Notes: generated from the letters alone by a model not told the origin. A stretch of DNA of 32,000 nucleotides from Thalassotalea hakodatensis (GCF_030295995.1 NZ_AP027365.1:1860066-1892065), one strand, 5' to 3'; positions 7,995 through 20,864 are shown, numbered from the stretch's first letter. Program-made: numbers and translations.

Positions 7995-10900
7995 ATGCGG
8001 TTAAAATATATCAAATTGGCGGGGTTTAAATCTTTTGTTGATCCAACAAAAGTGCCATTTGAACAACAAATGACCGCAATTGTTGGTCCGAACGGCTGCG
8101 GTAAGTCGAATATTATTGATGCTGTTCGCTGGGTGTTAGGCGAAAGTTCCGCAAAGCACTTACGTGGCGATGCCATGACCGATGTGATTTTTAATGGTGC
8201 TGCAAGTAGAAAGCCTATAGGCCAAGCCAGTGTTGAACTCATGTTTGACAACATGGCGGATCGCTTTCAAGGCTCGATGGCTGATCGCAACCAAGTGTCT
8301 ATTCGTCGTGTTGTCAATCGTGATTCGCAAAATACCTATTACTTAAATGGTGCTAAGTGTCGTAGGAAAGATATCACTGATATTTTTCTGGGAACAGGCT
8401 TAGGACCAAGAAGTTATGCGATTATTGAACAGGGGACCATTTCTCGTCTTATTGAATCTAAACCGCAAGAATTAAGAGTGTTTATCGAAGAAGCGGCGGG
8501 TATTTCGAAATACAAAGAAAGACGCAGAGAAACTGAAAACCGCATTCGACACACCCGCGAAAACTTAGATCGCTTAACCGACATTCGATTGGAACTAACG
8601 CAACAAATTGAAAAGCTGCATATTCAAGCCGAAGGAGCAAAACGTTTTAAAACGTTAAAAGCTGAAGAGCGACAATTAAAAGCTGAATTAGCTGTGTTAC
8701 GTTGGCAGAGTTTTGAACACCGTTCGAAGTTAAAGCAACAAGAAATACAAAAGGTTAACGATAGAATAGCTGAGTTAAAACAAACACAACAAGCTGATGC
8801 TCTCCTGTTAACTAACGCAAAACAGCAAATTCAAACAGCGAATAGTCAAATTCAACACTGCCAACAAGATAAAATTGTGTTGACTAATGATATTGCGAGA
8901 GCTGAGCAACAAATCACGCATGAAAAGGCTCAACAAAAACAGCGTAGAGAAAACGTTGATGTGTTGAAAGCTCAGATGGAAAAAGCACAGAAAATGCTGT
9001 TGCATGAGCAGCAGTATTACGCGGAGACGCAACAAAAATTTGAAAAATATACAAAACATATTAACAGCATTGAGGCACAAATTGTTGGATGTGAGCAACA
9101 ACACCACGACAAAACAACACAACTCCAACAATATCAATTAGAGCTGCAACAACGTAATCTGGCTTATCGTGACAGCGTGCAAGTTAAAAATCATTTTGAA
9201 AAACAACAATCAGTGTTTGTATCTGAACTTGAACAACAACAACGACAGTTAAATAAAGTCAATGAACAACACGAAACGTTAGCGCTTGAAAAATCGGCTT
9301 TAATGAAGGAGTCGTTGTTTGATGAACAACAGATCCGGCAGGTTATTACTGAAAAAGAACAACAACTACGCGAGCTTAACGCTGATCTCAAAGCCACGTT
9401 ATTAACACAGCAACAACATGCTGAAACCATTTCCAAGCTTCGTGGTGATTGCCGGAGTCAGCAACAACGAGTAGACGAAATAACCAAAAAGCTGAGTCAA
9501 CAAGAAAATTGGCAACAAGCACAATTGTCCACGTTTTCCCCTTTACTAAAAAGTGAAATGTGTAGAGTTCAAGACTTATTGCAAGTTAAACCTGGTTGGG
9601 AATTGGCTGTAGAAATGGTGCTTGAACAAATGCTACAAGCACATGTTTTCGATTTGCCATGGCATGAAGCGGAAATGGAAAAACTAAACACATTAGACGC
9701 TTGCTTTCTTTACTTATCAAGTGAAGATAACCAAGTAGAAGAAATTTCCACTCATCAAATTCAAGCGACACTGGCAAGCAAAGTGTCGAGTGAAGTTTTG
9801 CCACGAAGCCTATTTTATAACGTCTTGATTGCTACCGATGAAACAGCTTGTTTTGCTAAGCGAGAAAAGTTGAAGCAACAGCAATCTGTTATTTGCCCTC
9901 AAGGGGTTTGGTTAGGAAATAGCTTTATTCGAAAAGGTCAATTAACGCGTTCAGATAACGTCTTACTTTTAACCAATGAAAAGCAACAACTTGAACAATC
10001 TTACCAACAATCAATACAGCAACTAAAAGATTCTGAAACGCTTCTTCAGGGAATTTATGCACAAATTGACAACGTAGAAAAAACGCAAGAAGAAGTCTCG
10101 AAACAATTAATTAGTCATCAACAGCAGTTATTAGAAGCAACACAATTTAATGCAACTTGGCAACAAAAATATAAGCATATTGAAAAGCAACAAGCACATA
10201 TACAGCGCGAACAACAGTCACTAACACAAACGATTAACAAGCAGAAAGTTGACCTTATAACATGGGAAAAAGAGCAGCATGTTGACTATAATGTCGCAAA
10301 CGATGAACTCGTTGCATCAATGGCGTTACTTGAAAAAAAGATAGAACAGCACAATGCTGCGTTAAGTGATATTAATCAGCAACACCAATCGCTAAAAGAA
10401 AACTTTCACCAACAACAAATATTGCTGGAGAGAAGTAAACACGAGAGTCAACTCGCGCAGCAAAATATTTCTCGGTATCAAACAACGATTGATAATGCAT
10501 CTGCGCAGCAAAAAGCGATGAATAACGATGAAAGTTTACCTGAAGAAAAATTAAGTGAATTAAATGAAAAACTACAGCAATGGTTAGCGTCATCGAGTGC
10601 GCTAGATAACGAAATTGAGCAACAGCATAAAGTTATTGCAACACAACAAGTTATTTTTCAACAAATGGAACAAAATGCGTCAAAAACCGTCGAACAAATC
10701 GAACAGCACAAACACGCGTTATCTCAATTACAATTAAGTGCTGAAAGTTTTTCAATAAAAGCAGAAAATGCACTTGAACAGCTTGATGAAATTGGTAAAA
10801 ATGCCACAGATATTGCACAGTCTTTATCAGATAGTGCAAATGAATCTCTATGGCAGGCTAAGTTAATAAAGGTTCAAAATGACATTCAACGACTTGGAGC

Positions 10901-11510
10901 GATTAATTTAGCAGCAATTGACGAGTATGAAAGTCAATTAACGCGAAAAAACTACCTAGATCAACAAGATCAGGATTTAAATCAGGCTATTTCAACGTTA
11001 GAATCAGCAATAGAAAAAATAGATAAAGAAAGTCGTCTGAAATTTAAAACAACCTTTGATAAGGTCAACCACGACTTACAAACGTTATTTCCAAAGGTAT
11101 TTGGTGGTGGCGATGCATATTTAGCATTAACCGGCGATGATTTATTGGAGACTGGCGTAACAATTATGGCTAGACCTCCAGGTAAAAAGAATAGTACGAT
11201 TCACTTATTATCGGGTGGTGAAAAAGCGTTAACCGCTTTATCATTAGTGTTCGCGATTTTTAGACTTAATCCTGCACCGTTTTGTATGCTGGATGAAGTA
11301 GATGCACCACTTGATGATGCAAATGTAGAAAGGTTTTGTAATTTAGTGCGTGAAATGTCGAATAGCGTACAATTTATTTATATTAGTCACAATAAAATTG
11401 CCATGGAAATGGCTTCTCACTTAACAGGAGTAACCATGTTTGAACCGGGCGTATCTCGTATGGTATCTGTTGATGTTGAAGAAGCAATTGCTATGGCCGA
11501 AGTATCATAA
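7995..11510 (+). CDS. smc: Chromosome segregation protein SMC
   Basis: N-terminal Walker A GPNGCGKSN, very long coiled-coil arms, a hinge-like segment (VKPGWELAVEMVLEQ), a C-terminal LSGGEKALTALSL signature and Walker B FCMLDEVDAPLDD. The smc-zipA-ligA order matches Pseudomonas-type genomes. Confidence 0.9.
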   Translation: MRLKYIKLAGFKSFVDPTKVPFEQQMTAIVGPNGCGKSNIIDAVRWVLGESSAKHLRGDAMTDVIFNGAASRKPIGQASVELMFDNMADRFQGSMADRNQVSIRRVVNRDSQNTYYLNGAKCRRKDITDIFLGTGLGPRSYAIIEQGTISRLIESKPQELRVFIEEAAGISKYKERRRETENRIRHTRENLDRLTDIRLELTQQIEKLHIQAEGAKRFKTLKAEERQLKAELAVLRWQSFEHRSKLKQQEIQKVNDRIAELKQTQQADALLLTNAKQQIQTANSQIQHCQQDKIVLTNDIARAEQQITHEKAQQKQRRENVDVLKAQMEKAQKMLLHEQQYYAETQQKFEKYTKHINSIEAQIVGCEQQHHDKTTQLQQYQLELQQRNLAYRDSVQVKNHFEKQQSVFVSELEQQQRQLNKVNEQHETLALEKSALMKESLFDEQQIRQVITEKEQQLRELNADLKATLLTQQQHAETISKLRGDCRSQQQRVDEITKKLSQQENWQQAQLSTFSPLLKSEMCRVQDLLQVKPGWELAVEMVLEQMLQAHVFDLPWHEAEMEKLNTLDACFLYLSSEDNQVEEISTHQIQATLASKVSSEVLPRSLFYNVLIATDETACFAKREKLKQQQSVICPQGVWLGNSFIRKGQLTRSDNVLLLTNEKQQLEQSYQQSIQQLKDSETLLQGIYAQIDNVEKTQEEVSKQLISHQQQLLEATQFNATWQQKYKHIEKQQAHIQREQQSLTQTINKQKVDLITWEKEQHVDYNVANDELVASMALLEKKIEQHNAALSDINQQHQSLKENFHQQQILLERSKHESQLAQQNISRYQTTIDNASAQQKAMNNDESLPEEKLSELNEKLQQWLASSSALDNEIEQQHKVIATQQVIFQQMEQNASKTVEQIEQHKHALSQLQLSAESFSIKAENALEQLDEIGKNATDIAQSLSDSANESLWQAKLIKVQNDIQRLGAINLAAIDEYESQLTRKNYLDQQDQDLNQAISTLESAIEKIDKESRLKFKTTFDKVNHDLQTLFPKVFGGGDAYLALTGDDLLETGVTIMARPPGKKNSTIHLLSGGEKALTALSLVFAIFRLNPAPFCMLDEVDAPLDDANVERFCNLVREMSNSVQFIYISHNKIAMEMASHLTGVTMFEPGVSRMVSVDVEEAIAMAEVS

Positions 11511-11522
11511 ACAGGCTAAAAG

Positions 11523-15002
<3,480 letters not shown>

Positions 15003-15006
<4 letters not shown>

Positions 15007-15431
15007 ACGGTAAAAAAGGCATACAGAAACAGTAAACTTGGTGCTGGTAAAATAAAACCAAAAATGGCAGCTTCACACCACTCTATTTTTTGATAAAACT
15101 GTCGCCATTTTTTATCTTGTACTTTTGATGATGGTAACACTTGAAAGAAAAAGATAAATGCAGACAACACTAACGCTTGAAGGGCGGAAAACAATATAAA
15201 TAGCGCTAGCCAAATCAATGATTCAGGTGTTAAGTTAGTAATTTGTCGTTGTAATACAAAATATAAAACAAAAGCAAAAACACTCCAGCCTAACAACTTC
15301 CAACGGAAGGTTGATAACGTAATTGCAATGCTATTAAATACTTCAGGACTAAACCAATACTTCATTATTGCCTTACTTACTCGTAGAATAAAGATCACAC
15401 TCAACGTTAAGTATAAAGAAAGAAATGGCAT
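15003..15431 (-). CDS. Hypothetical multi-pass membrane protein (about 4 TM)
   Basis: 142-aa ORF made almost entirely of hydrophobic helices, with no recognised family. An alternative start at 15365 (MKYWF, AAGG 6 nt upstream) would remove the 7-bp head-to-head overlap with the next gene. Confidence 0.5.
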
Positions 15432-16057
15432 TACACAGTAAAAAACTTATATTCATTGTCTTTTGGGCATCTTCAATAACACAAGTTGCTTTTGCATTTT
15501 CTACCGAAAACAAGCAGCTTTCAATACAACCTCAACAACAAGTCGAAGTAAGGCCTGGTCATGCTAAAGCGCTAAAATCGTTAGATGATGAAAAGTATAA
15601 AGATGATCTCACAAAAGTGATTATTTCTACGGTCAGTGAAATGTCTGACAGCAACGGGCTAACCTACATTGGTGCTAAAGTAGAGCGTACAGAAGTTGAA
15701 AAGTTTTTGGCACAATTAAAAATAATACTCGGTGATGAGTTTAAACAATACCGTATGAATCAAGCGAACCGAGACGGTAATGCTTTTCATGTGACATTGG
15801 TTGCGCCACAAGAATATCAATTAATGAAAAAAGAGGAAGTCACTCTTGGCCGAACCGTGCGTATCACACTAGAAGGCTTAGGTAGAGTGAGTCAAGGCAA
15901 TAACACCAGTTACTTTGTCGTTGCTTCTTCTAACGATGGTGACTTTATGCGACAAACCTTGCGTTTGGCTGCAAAAGATTTTCATGTAACGCTAGGTTTT
16001 GATAAAAAAGATGTTCACGGTGTCAGCAAAGGTCAAAATACATTGATAAAGCAATAG
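15425..16057 (+). CDS. Exported protein with two H-x-T-x motifs (2H phosphoesterase-like), uncharacterised
   Basis: N-terminal signal peptide (KKLIFIVFWASSITQVAFA|FS). HVTL occurs at nt 15788-15799 (His122) and again at 15983-15994 (His187), each preceded by Phe and followed by small/hydrophobic residues. Confidence 0.6.
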   Translation: MALHSKKLIFIVFWASSITQVAFAFSTENKQLSIQPQQQVEVRPGHAKALKSLDDEKYKDDLTKVIISTVSEMSDSNGLTYIGAKVERTEVEKFLAQLKIILGDEFKQYRMNQANRDGNAFHVTLVAPQEYQLMKKEEVTLGRTVRITLEGLGRVSQGNNTSYFVVASSNDGDFMRQTLRLAAKDFHVTLGFDKKDVHGVSKGQNTLIKQ

Positions 16058-16178
16058 TCATCCTTGTCTCTTTATAGACAGTTAAATTAGCTTATTTATA
16101 ATTAAATTATGTTAAACGGTTTAGATCATGTCGATGTTTGCTTATTATGAAGCTATGGATTTTAATTAAAGGGCTGAT

Positions 16179-16964
16179 ATGAAATCAACATTATTAATAA
16201 TAGCAACGATTGTTGCTGTGAGTGGTTGTGCTAAATCCTCAACAGGGCGTAATCAAATTACGTTATTTTCAGACAGTGAATTGAACAAGATGGGGGCTAC
16301 TTCTTTTGAGGAATTAAAAGAGAAAGAGAAAATTAGCCAAGATATTGCAACCAATAATTATGTGCAATGTGTTGCAAAAGCAGTGACAAAAAATGTATCA
16401 AAACAAGCCCATTCTGGCGATTGGGAAGTCGTTGTGTTTGATTCTGAACAAGTAAATGCCTTTGCCTTACCAGGCGGTAAAATAGGTGTATATACGGGGA
16501 TTCTTAACGTTGCCCAAGGTCAAGATCAACTTGCTGCAATTATTGGTCATGAAATTGCTCATGTCACTGAGCGTCACTCTAATGAGCGATTATCGTCAAA
16601 TCAACTGGTTCAAGCGGGGGCAGCTGTTGGTGGTGCCGTTTTATCGCAGCAAGAGGTGGAAAATAAAGAAACTTGGCTGATGGTTGGTTTAGGCATTGCG
16701 CAATATGGCATATTAATGCCATATAGTCGTATGCATGAGAGCGAAGCAGATATCGTTGGTCAAAAGCTAATGGCGCAATCAGGCTTTAAACCGTCAGCAG
16801 CCATTTCATTGTGGCAGAATATGGCGAAGCAATCTAAAGGTTCACCCCCCGAATTTTTATCAACGCATCCGTCAAATCAAACACGGATAAATGATTTATC
16901 GAAAAACTTACCAACAGCTCAAGCAATTTATCAACGTTCAACCCTTCGTCCTAGCTGCGGATAG
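16179..16964 (+). CDS. M48 family zinc metallopeptidase lipoprotein (YcaL/LoiP-like)
   Basis: Lipobox VSGC (Cys17), HEIAHVTERH (HExxH), downstream ESEAD, and a C-terminal STHPS motif typical of M48. Confidence 0.85.
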   Translation: MKSTLLIIATIVAVSGCAKSSTGRNQITLFSDSELNKMGATSFEELKEKEKISQDIATNNYVQCVAKAVTKNVSKQAHSGDWEVVVFDSEQVNAFALPGGKIGVYTGILNVAQGQDQLAAIIGHEIAHVTERHSNERLSSNQLVQAGAAVGGAVLSQQEVENKETWLMVGLGIAQYGILMPYSRMHESEADIVGQKLMAQSGFKPSAAISLWQNMAKQSKGSPPEFLSTHPSNQTRINDLSKNLPTAQAIYQRSTLRPSCG

Positions 16965-16991
16965 TGCAGTAGCTTTCCCTTTTGAGTGAAT

Positions 16992-17024
16992 AAAATGGTG
17001 GCAATTTTTGCCACCATTTTTTTT
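16992..17024 (+). terminator. Rho-independent terminator after the M48 gene
   Basis: Stem tggtggca (16996-17003) / tgccacca (17009-17016), flanked by an A-run and followed by an 8-nt T-run. Confidence 0.85.
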
Positions 17025-17108
17025 CAATAAATTATACCAATAATGTTGAATGTATATATGTATTATAGCAATATGTATATGAAACGTATTTTTTGGGTTA
17101 GATATTAA

Positions 17109-17315
17109 ATGGGTATTGTTAAAATTTCAGAACAATTACATGATGAAGTTAGAAAAACCAGTAGTGTTATGGAACGTTCTATTAATTCTCAGGCTGAATT
17201 TTGGCTAAAAATAGGGCGACTCGCTGAGCAAAATCCAACGCTAAGCTATGAACAAATCATTGAACGAGAGATGCGCTCAGGTCAAGTCACCTCAGTAAGG
17301 CTTATCGGTGAATAA
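17109..17315 (+). CDS. ParD-like ribbon-helix-helix antitoxin-family protein
   Basis: 68 aa. The N-terminus MGIVKISEQLHDEVRKTSSVMERSINSQAEFWLKIGRLAE has the beta-strand/helix/helix pattern of RHH proteins. It resembles remembered members of the ParD_like family (MGIVKISD..H...R......SRSINAQAEHW). The family call is from memory and was not searched. Confidence 0.55.
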   Translation: MGIVKISEQLHDEVRKTSSVMERSINSQAEFWLKIGRLAEQNPTLSYEQIIEREMRSGQVTSVRLIGE

Positions 17316-18102
17316 CAATATTATTATTAAATCAACCGCTGAAATCGAATTAATGAGAGAATCAGGCCGATTATTAGCAAAGGTTTTTAAACAACTCGAT
17401 ACCTTTATAGCTGTTGATGTTACAACGTTAGCGATTAATGATTTTGTTGAAGATTTTATTGTTAATACACTTAATGCTCGTCCAGCGAGCAAAGGTCAGT
17501 ATGGTTATAAATATGTATTAAACTCGTCAGTAAATGAGGTTGTTTGTCATGGAATTCCAAGTGAAAGTAAACGATTAAAATCTGGCGATATAGTTAATAT
17601 TGATATTACCCTAGAAAAAAATGGCTTTGTTGCTGACAGTAGTAAAATGTATTTAATTGGTGATGTTAAACCAAGAGCAAAGCAATTGTCTAAAGTAACT
17701 TATCAAGCGATGTGGCAAGGTATTTCTATGGTAAAGCCTGGCGCTACCTTAGGTGATGTAGGACATGCTATTCAATCATACGCACAGCGTCACGGCTTTA
17801 GCGTCGTTCGAGAGTATTGTGGACATGGTATTGGACGTGAGATGCATGAACCACCACAAGTGCTTCATGTTGGTAAGCCTGGAATGGGAATTAAATTAAA
17901 AACAGGCATGACATTCACAATAGAGCCTATGATTAACCAAGGCACTCATAAAACGAAAGAAAAAAAAGATGGCTGGACCGTTGTCACTCGGGATAAAAAG
18001 TTATCTGCACAATGGGAACATACGGTACTTGTCACCGCTAATGGGGTAGAAGTGCTGACGCTAAGAGATGATGAATCGTTGCCTGCGACACTAAACGTAT
18101 AA
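17308..18102 (+). CDS. map: Type I methionine aminopeptidase (likely a paralogue)
   Basis: Aligns with remembered E. coli Map. All metal/substrate residues appear present: NEVVCHGIP, two Asp in DIVNIDITLEKNGFVADSSKMY, REYCGHGIG, TFTIEPM, AQWEHTV. GTG start at 17308 with TAAGG 7 nt upstream; it overlaps the upstream stop by 8 nt. Confidence 0.85.
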   Translation: MNNNIIIKSTAEIELMRESGRLLAKVFKQLDTFIAVDVTTLAINDFVEDFIVNTLNARPASKGQYGYKYVLNSSVNEVVCHGIPSESKRLKSGDIVNIDITLEKNGFVADSSKMYLIGDVKPRAKQLSKVTYQAMWQGISMVKPGATLGDVGHAIQSYAQRHGFSVVREYCGHGIGREMHEPPQVLHVGKPGMGIKLKTGMTFTIEPMINQGTHKTKEKKDGWTVVTRDKKLSAQWEHTVLVTANGVEVLTLRDDESLPATLNV

Positions 18103-18125
18103 AAAATTCACCCTATACAATACAA

Positions 18126-18308
18126 CTACTTCTTGTTGAATGAGTCCATTTTATGAGGCTTTTTATTTGACCGAGGAAGTGTTTCATCAAGATCATTTAA
18201 GTTTTTTTTACGTAGTGGTGTTTTTGCGTTTCTACGCACAGTGCTAAAGTTACCAATAAATATCAGCGCAACAACAATAAAAATTGTAATGATTAACCAG
18301 TTATCCAT
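18126..18308 (-). CDS. Small single-pass membrane protein (DUF2897-like)
   Basis: 60 aa with an N-terminal TM helix and a basic tail. Its start overlaps the upstream M15 gene's stop by 8 nt. The family guess is from memory. Confidence 0.5.
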   Translation of the reverse strand: MDNWLIITIFIVVALIFIGNFSTVRRNAKTPLRKKNLNDLDETLPRSNKKPHKMDSFNKK

Positions 18309-18984
18309 GTGGTACCCCTTGAACGTTGTATACGTAGCGTTCCATTAATTGCTCTATTTGATCAAGAATAAAAGCTTTTCCCTCAATTTCATGTTTGTGA
18401 AGAGTGTTAGCTAATATTTCTGGCGTTAATTCTGTTAGGAACTGAGTTGCTAATGGGGCAAACGATAAGTGCCAAGGCTCATGAGCAACTCCCCCTTGAT
18501 AGCATTGATATGGAAAATAGAAACCATAATTTTGCGCATTTTCATTAAGCCATTTCGTTAGTTTAGCAAATGGACCATATTCCTCATACTCCCATGCTTC
18601 AAGTGATAATTGCTGCCCGTTGCTAAGCAATGATGGGTCATAAACATCAATATCTGTTCCCCAATGGTGACGACTAGCACCAGGAAGCGCTGAAAATGTC
18701 ATGACAGCATGTACTTTTTTTTCAGTTGATAACTTAGTTAGGTTTACTTGCTGTTGTTGTAAATCGAAAACAGGCAATTCTCCCATCATCTTTTTATTCC
18801 AAATACTCAACTGGCGATCAAAATCTCGAAAACCACTTGCGATAGATAATTGAAAACCCACTGTTTTCGCAGCATCAACTAAATTTGACCAAGGGAAAAG
18901 CATATCGTGGTGTATTCCCTTATTATCTGACAAATAATGAATATGTGCATCGCTTGTACCTGTTAGTAAGGTTTGATCAGCCAT
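18301..18984 (-). CDS. M15 family zinc peptidase (VanY / D-Ala-D-Ala or LD-carboxypeptidase-like)
   Basis: SGFRDFDRQ motif, SRHHWGTDIDV (H-x6-D metal ligands) and a C-terminal EPWH. Confidence 0.75.
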   Translation of the reverse strand: MADQTLLTGTSDAHIHYLSDNKGIHHDMLFPWSNLVDAAKTVGFQLSIASGFRDFDRQLSIWNKKMMGELPVFDLQQQQVNLTKLSTEKKVHAVMTFSALPGASRHHWGTDIDVYDPSLLSNGQQLSLEAWEYEEYGPFAKLTKWLNENAQNYGFYFPYQCYQGGVAHEPWHLSFAPLATQFLTELTPEILANTLHKHEIEGKAFILDQIEQLMERYVYNVQGVPHG

Positions 18985-18998
18985 GATTATGTATTGCC

Positions 18999-20138
18999 TT
19001 AACTGAGTACGTTTACGAGAGTGTGATAGTAAATATCAACTAACTCTTCAAGGTCAGCACATTTTACACTTTCATTCACTTGATGGATCGTTGCATTACA
19101 AGGTCCAAGTTCAACAACTTGCGCACCGGTTGGCGCAATGAATCTTCCGTCAGAAGTGCCGCCTGATGTAGATAACGTCGTGTTAAAGCCTTTTACGGTT
19201 TGAATAGCGCTTGACGCTGCATCCACGAGGGTGCCAGGTTCTGTGATGAAAGGCTTACCATTAAATGTCCATTTAATTTCATAGTTTAACTGATGCTCAG
19301 TTAAAATCGCGTCGATCTTACTGACGATTTTTTCATCGGTTAACTCTGTGCTATAGCGTAAATTAAACCATGCGGTTAAATGACCAGGAACAACGTTGGT
19401 TGCACCTGTGCCAGATTGAATATTTGATAATTGAAAACTTGTTTCAGGAAAATACTCATTACCCGTATCCCAATGTGTTTGACTCAGTGCAGCTAAAGCT
19501 GGCATTGCAAGATGAATAGGATTTTCAACATGTTGAGGGTAGGCAACGTGACCTTGTTTACCGAATACTTTTAATTCACCTGAAATTGAACCACGACGGC
19601 CGTTTTTAACAATATCTCCCACTTCATTTGTGCTAGAAGGTTCACCAACTATGCAATAATCGATTTTTTCATTTCTTGCTTCTAAAGTGTCTATTACTCG
19701 TGTAGTACCATTGATAAATGGACCTTCTTCATCACTGGTAATTAAAAAAGCGATAGAGCCTTTATGATGTGGATGATCTGCAACAAACTTTTCTGTTGCT
19801 ACTACCATAGCCGCTAAACTACCTTTCATATCAGCGGCGCCGCGGCCGAATAAATAACCATCTTTGAAAGTGGGTTCAAAAGGCGGAGTATCCCAGCTGG
19901 CTAAATGACCAGCTGGTACCACATCAGTATGACCAGCAAAGCAAAATACTGGTCCAGTATCACCTTTACGACACCACATATTCGTGGTGTCTTCAAATAC
20001 CATAGTTTCTGTTAGAAAACCTAATTTTTCTAGGCGTTCAGACATCATCTGCTGACAACCTGCATCTTCAGGAGTAACCGATGGACGAGAGATCAAATCT
20101 GCGGCGAGAGTTAAAACAGGCGTGTTAGTCGTCGTCAT
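18999..20138 (-). CDS. dapE: Succinyl-diaminopimelate desuccinylase
   Basis: M20 peptidase motifs ([22 protein letters not shown]), 379 aa, and yffB-dapE synteny as in E. coli. Confidence 0.92.
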   Translation of the reverse strand: MTTTNTPVLTLAADLISRPSVTPEDAGCQQMMSERLEKLGFLTETMVFEDTTNMWCRKGDTGPVFCFAGHTDVVPAGHLASWDTPPFEPTFKDGYLFGRGAADMKGSLAAMVVATEKFVADHPHHKGSIAFLITSDEEGPFINGTTRVIDTLEARNEKIDYCIVGEPSSTNEVGDIVKNGRRGSISGELKVFGKQGHVAYPQHVENPIHLAMPALAALSQTHWDTGNEYFPETSFQLSNIQSGTGATNVVPGHLTAWFNLRYSTELTDEKIVSKIDAILTEHQLNYEIKWTFNGKPFITEPGTLVDAASSAIQTVKGFNTTLSTSGGTSDGRFIAPTGAQVVELGPCNATIHQVNESVKCADLEELVDIYYHTLVNVLS

Positions 20139-20482
20139 TAGGCAAAAATCTCTTGATAATTTTCTGCCTTAAAACCTAGATGTAATTGGTCGTCAATAAG
20201 CAACAAAGGGCGCTTTAATAATGTTGGCTGTAATAATACTTGTTCTGAGGCTACGGTATCTGAAAGATTAGTTTTTATATGTTCGTCTAAATTTCGGAAC
20301 GTTGTGCTACGTTTATTGAGTAATAAATCCCATGAAGACATAGCCACAAATTGTTGTAACTGATTGTTATCTAGACCGTCAGTACGAAAATCGTGGAATT
20401 GATAGGTAATATTATGTTCATCAAGCCATTTTCGTGCTTTTTTTACGGTGTCGCAGTTTTTTATGCCATATAAAGTTGTCAT
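20138..20482 (-). CDS. yffB: ArsC/Spx family reductase-like protein (YffB-like)
   Basis: N-terminus [16 protein letters not shown], 114 aa. Its stop overlaps the dapE ATG by 1 nt (TAATG). Confidence 0.8.
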   Translation of the reverse strand: MTTLYGIKNCDTVKKARKWLDEHNITYQFHDFRTDGLDNNQLQQFVAMSSWDLLLNKRSTTFRNLDEHIKTNLSDTVASEQVLLQPTLLKRPLLLIDDQLHLGFKAENYQEIFA

Positions 20483-20483
20483 A

Positions 20484-20864
20484 TTAAATCACTTGATAAT
20501 TATTGTTGGTTAATGCCGTTATAGCGCTGTCAATTTTATTGCTTTTGACTAAGACATAATCGGTATCAAAGGTAGAAATGGCGAAAATACTGATTTTCTT
20601 ATTCGCTAATATGGTTGAAATTTTTGAAAGTATCCCCGTTAATGAAAAATCTAATGGACCAACAACTTCAAGTGCTTGCCAGTCAGGTTCACTATCTTCG
20701 CTTAACAACATAAGTGTACTAGGAGCGACCACCGATACCTCATCATTAGTTTTTGCGATAAAATACATGTGTTGTTTAAACACTTCGGAGGGTATTTCGC
20801 TATTGGCTGGAAAACTATGGATAGTGAACGTGTTATTTAATCGCTTTAACGTTAGTGTTGCCAT
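20484..20864 (-). CDS. ACT domain-containing protein
   Basis: 126 aa. The C-terminal half (LDFSLTGILSKISTILANKKISIFAISTFDTDYVLV) is typical of an ACT fold. It is the first gene of the tightly packed ACT-yffB-dapE-M15 operon. Confidence 0.6.
   Translation of the reverse strand: MATLTLKRLNNTFTIHSFPANSEIPSEVFKQHMYFIAKTNDEVSVVAPSTLMLLSEDSEPDWQALEVVGPLDFSLTGILSKISTILANKKISIFAISTFDTDYVLVKSNKIDSAITALTNNNYQVI

Noticed and set aside
7503-8254. ORFs 7503..7709 (+) and 7958..8254 (-)
   Set aside because: Antisense to cysZ and to the conserved SMC N-terminal ATPase head, respectively.
8808-10839. Five minus-strand ORFs inside smc, including the striking Cys-rich 9191..9436 (…ACCCCVNN…CCSSSD…)
   Set aside because: They are an artefact of the CAA/CAG-rich (Gln) sense strand. 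Antisense TTG TTG read out of frame gives TGT (Cys) runs. There is no independent start or SD support.
16486-16680. Plus-strand ORF 16486..16680
   Set aside because: An out-of-frame overlap within the M48 peptidase gene, whose own frame carries the HExxH motif.
17292-17492. Minus-strand 66-aa ORF across the ParD-like/Map junction, considered as a hidden toxin gene
   Set aside because: It is fully antisense to the conserved MetAP N-terminus, has no SD, and has a Ser/Thr/Ile-rich low-complexity translation typical of AT-rich shadow frames.
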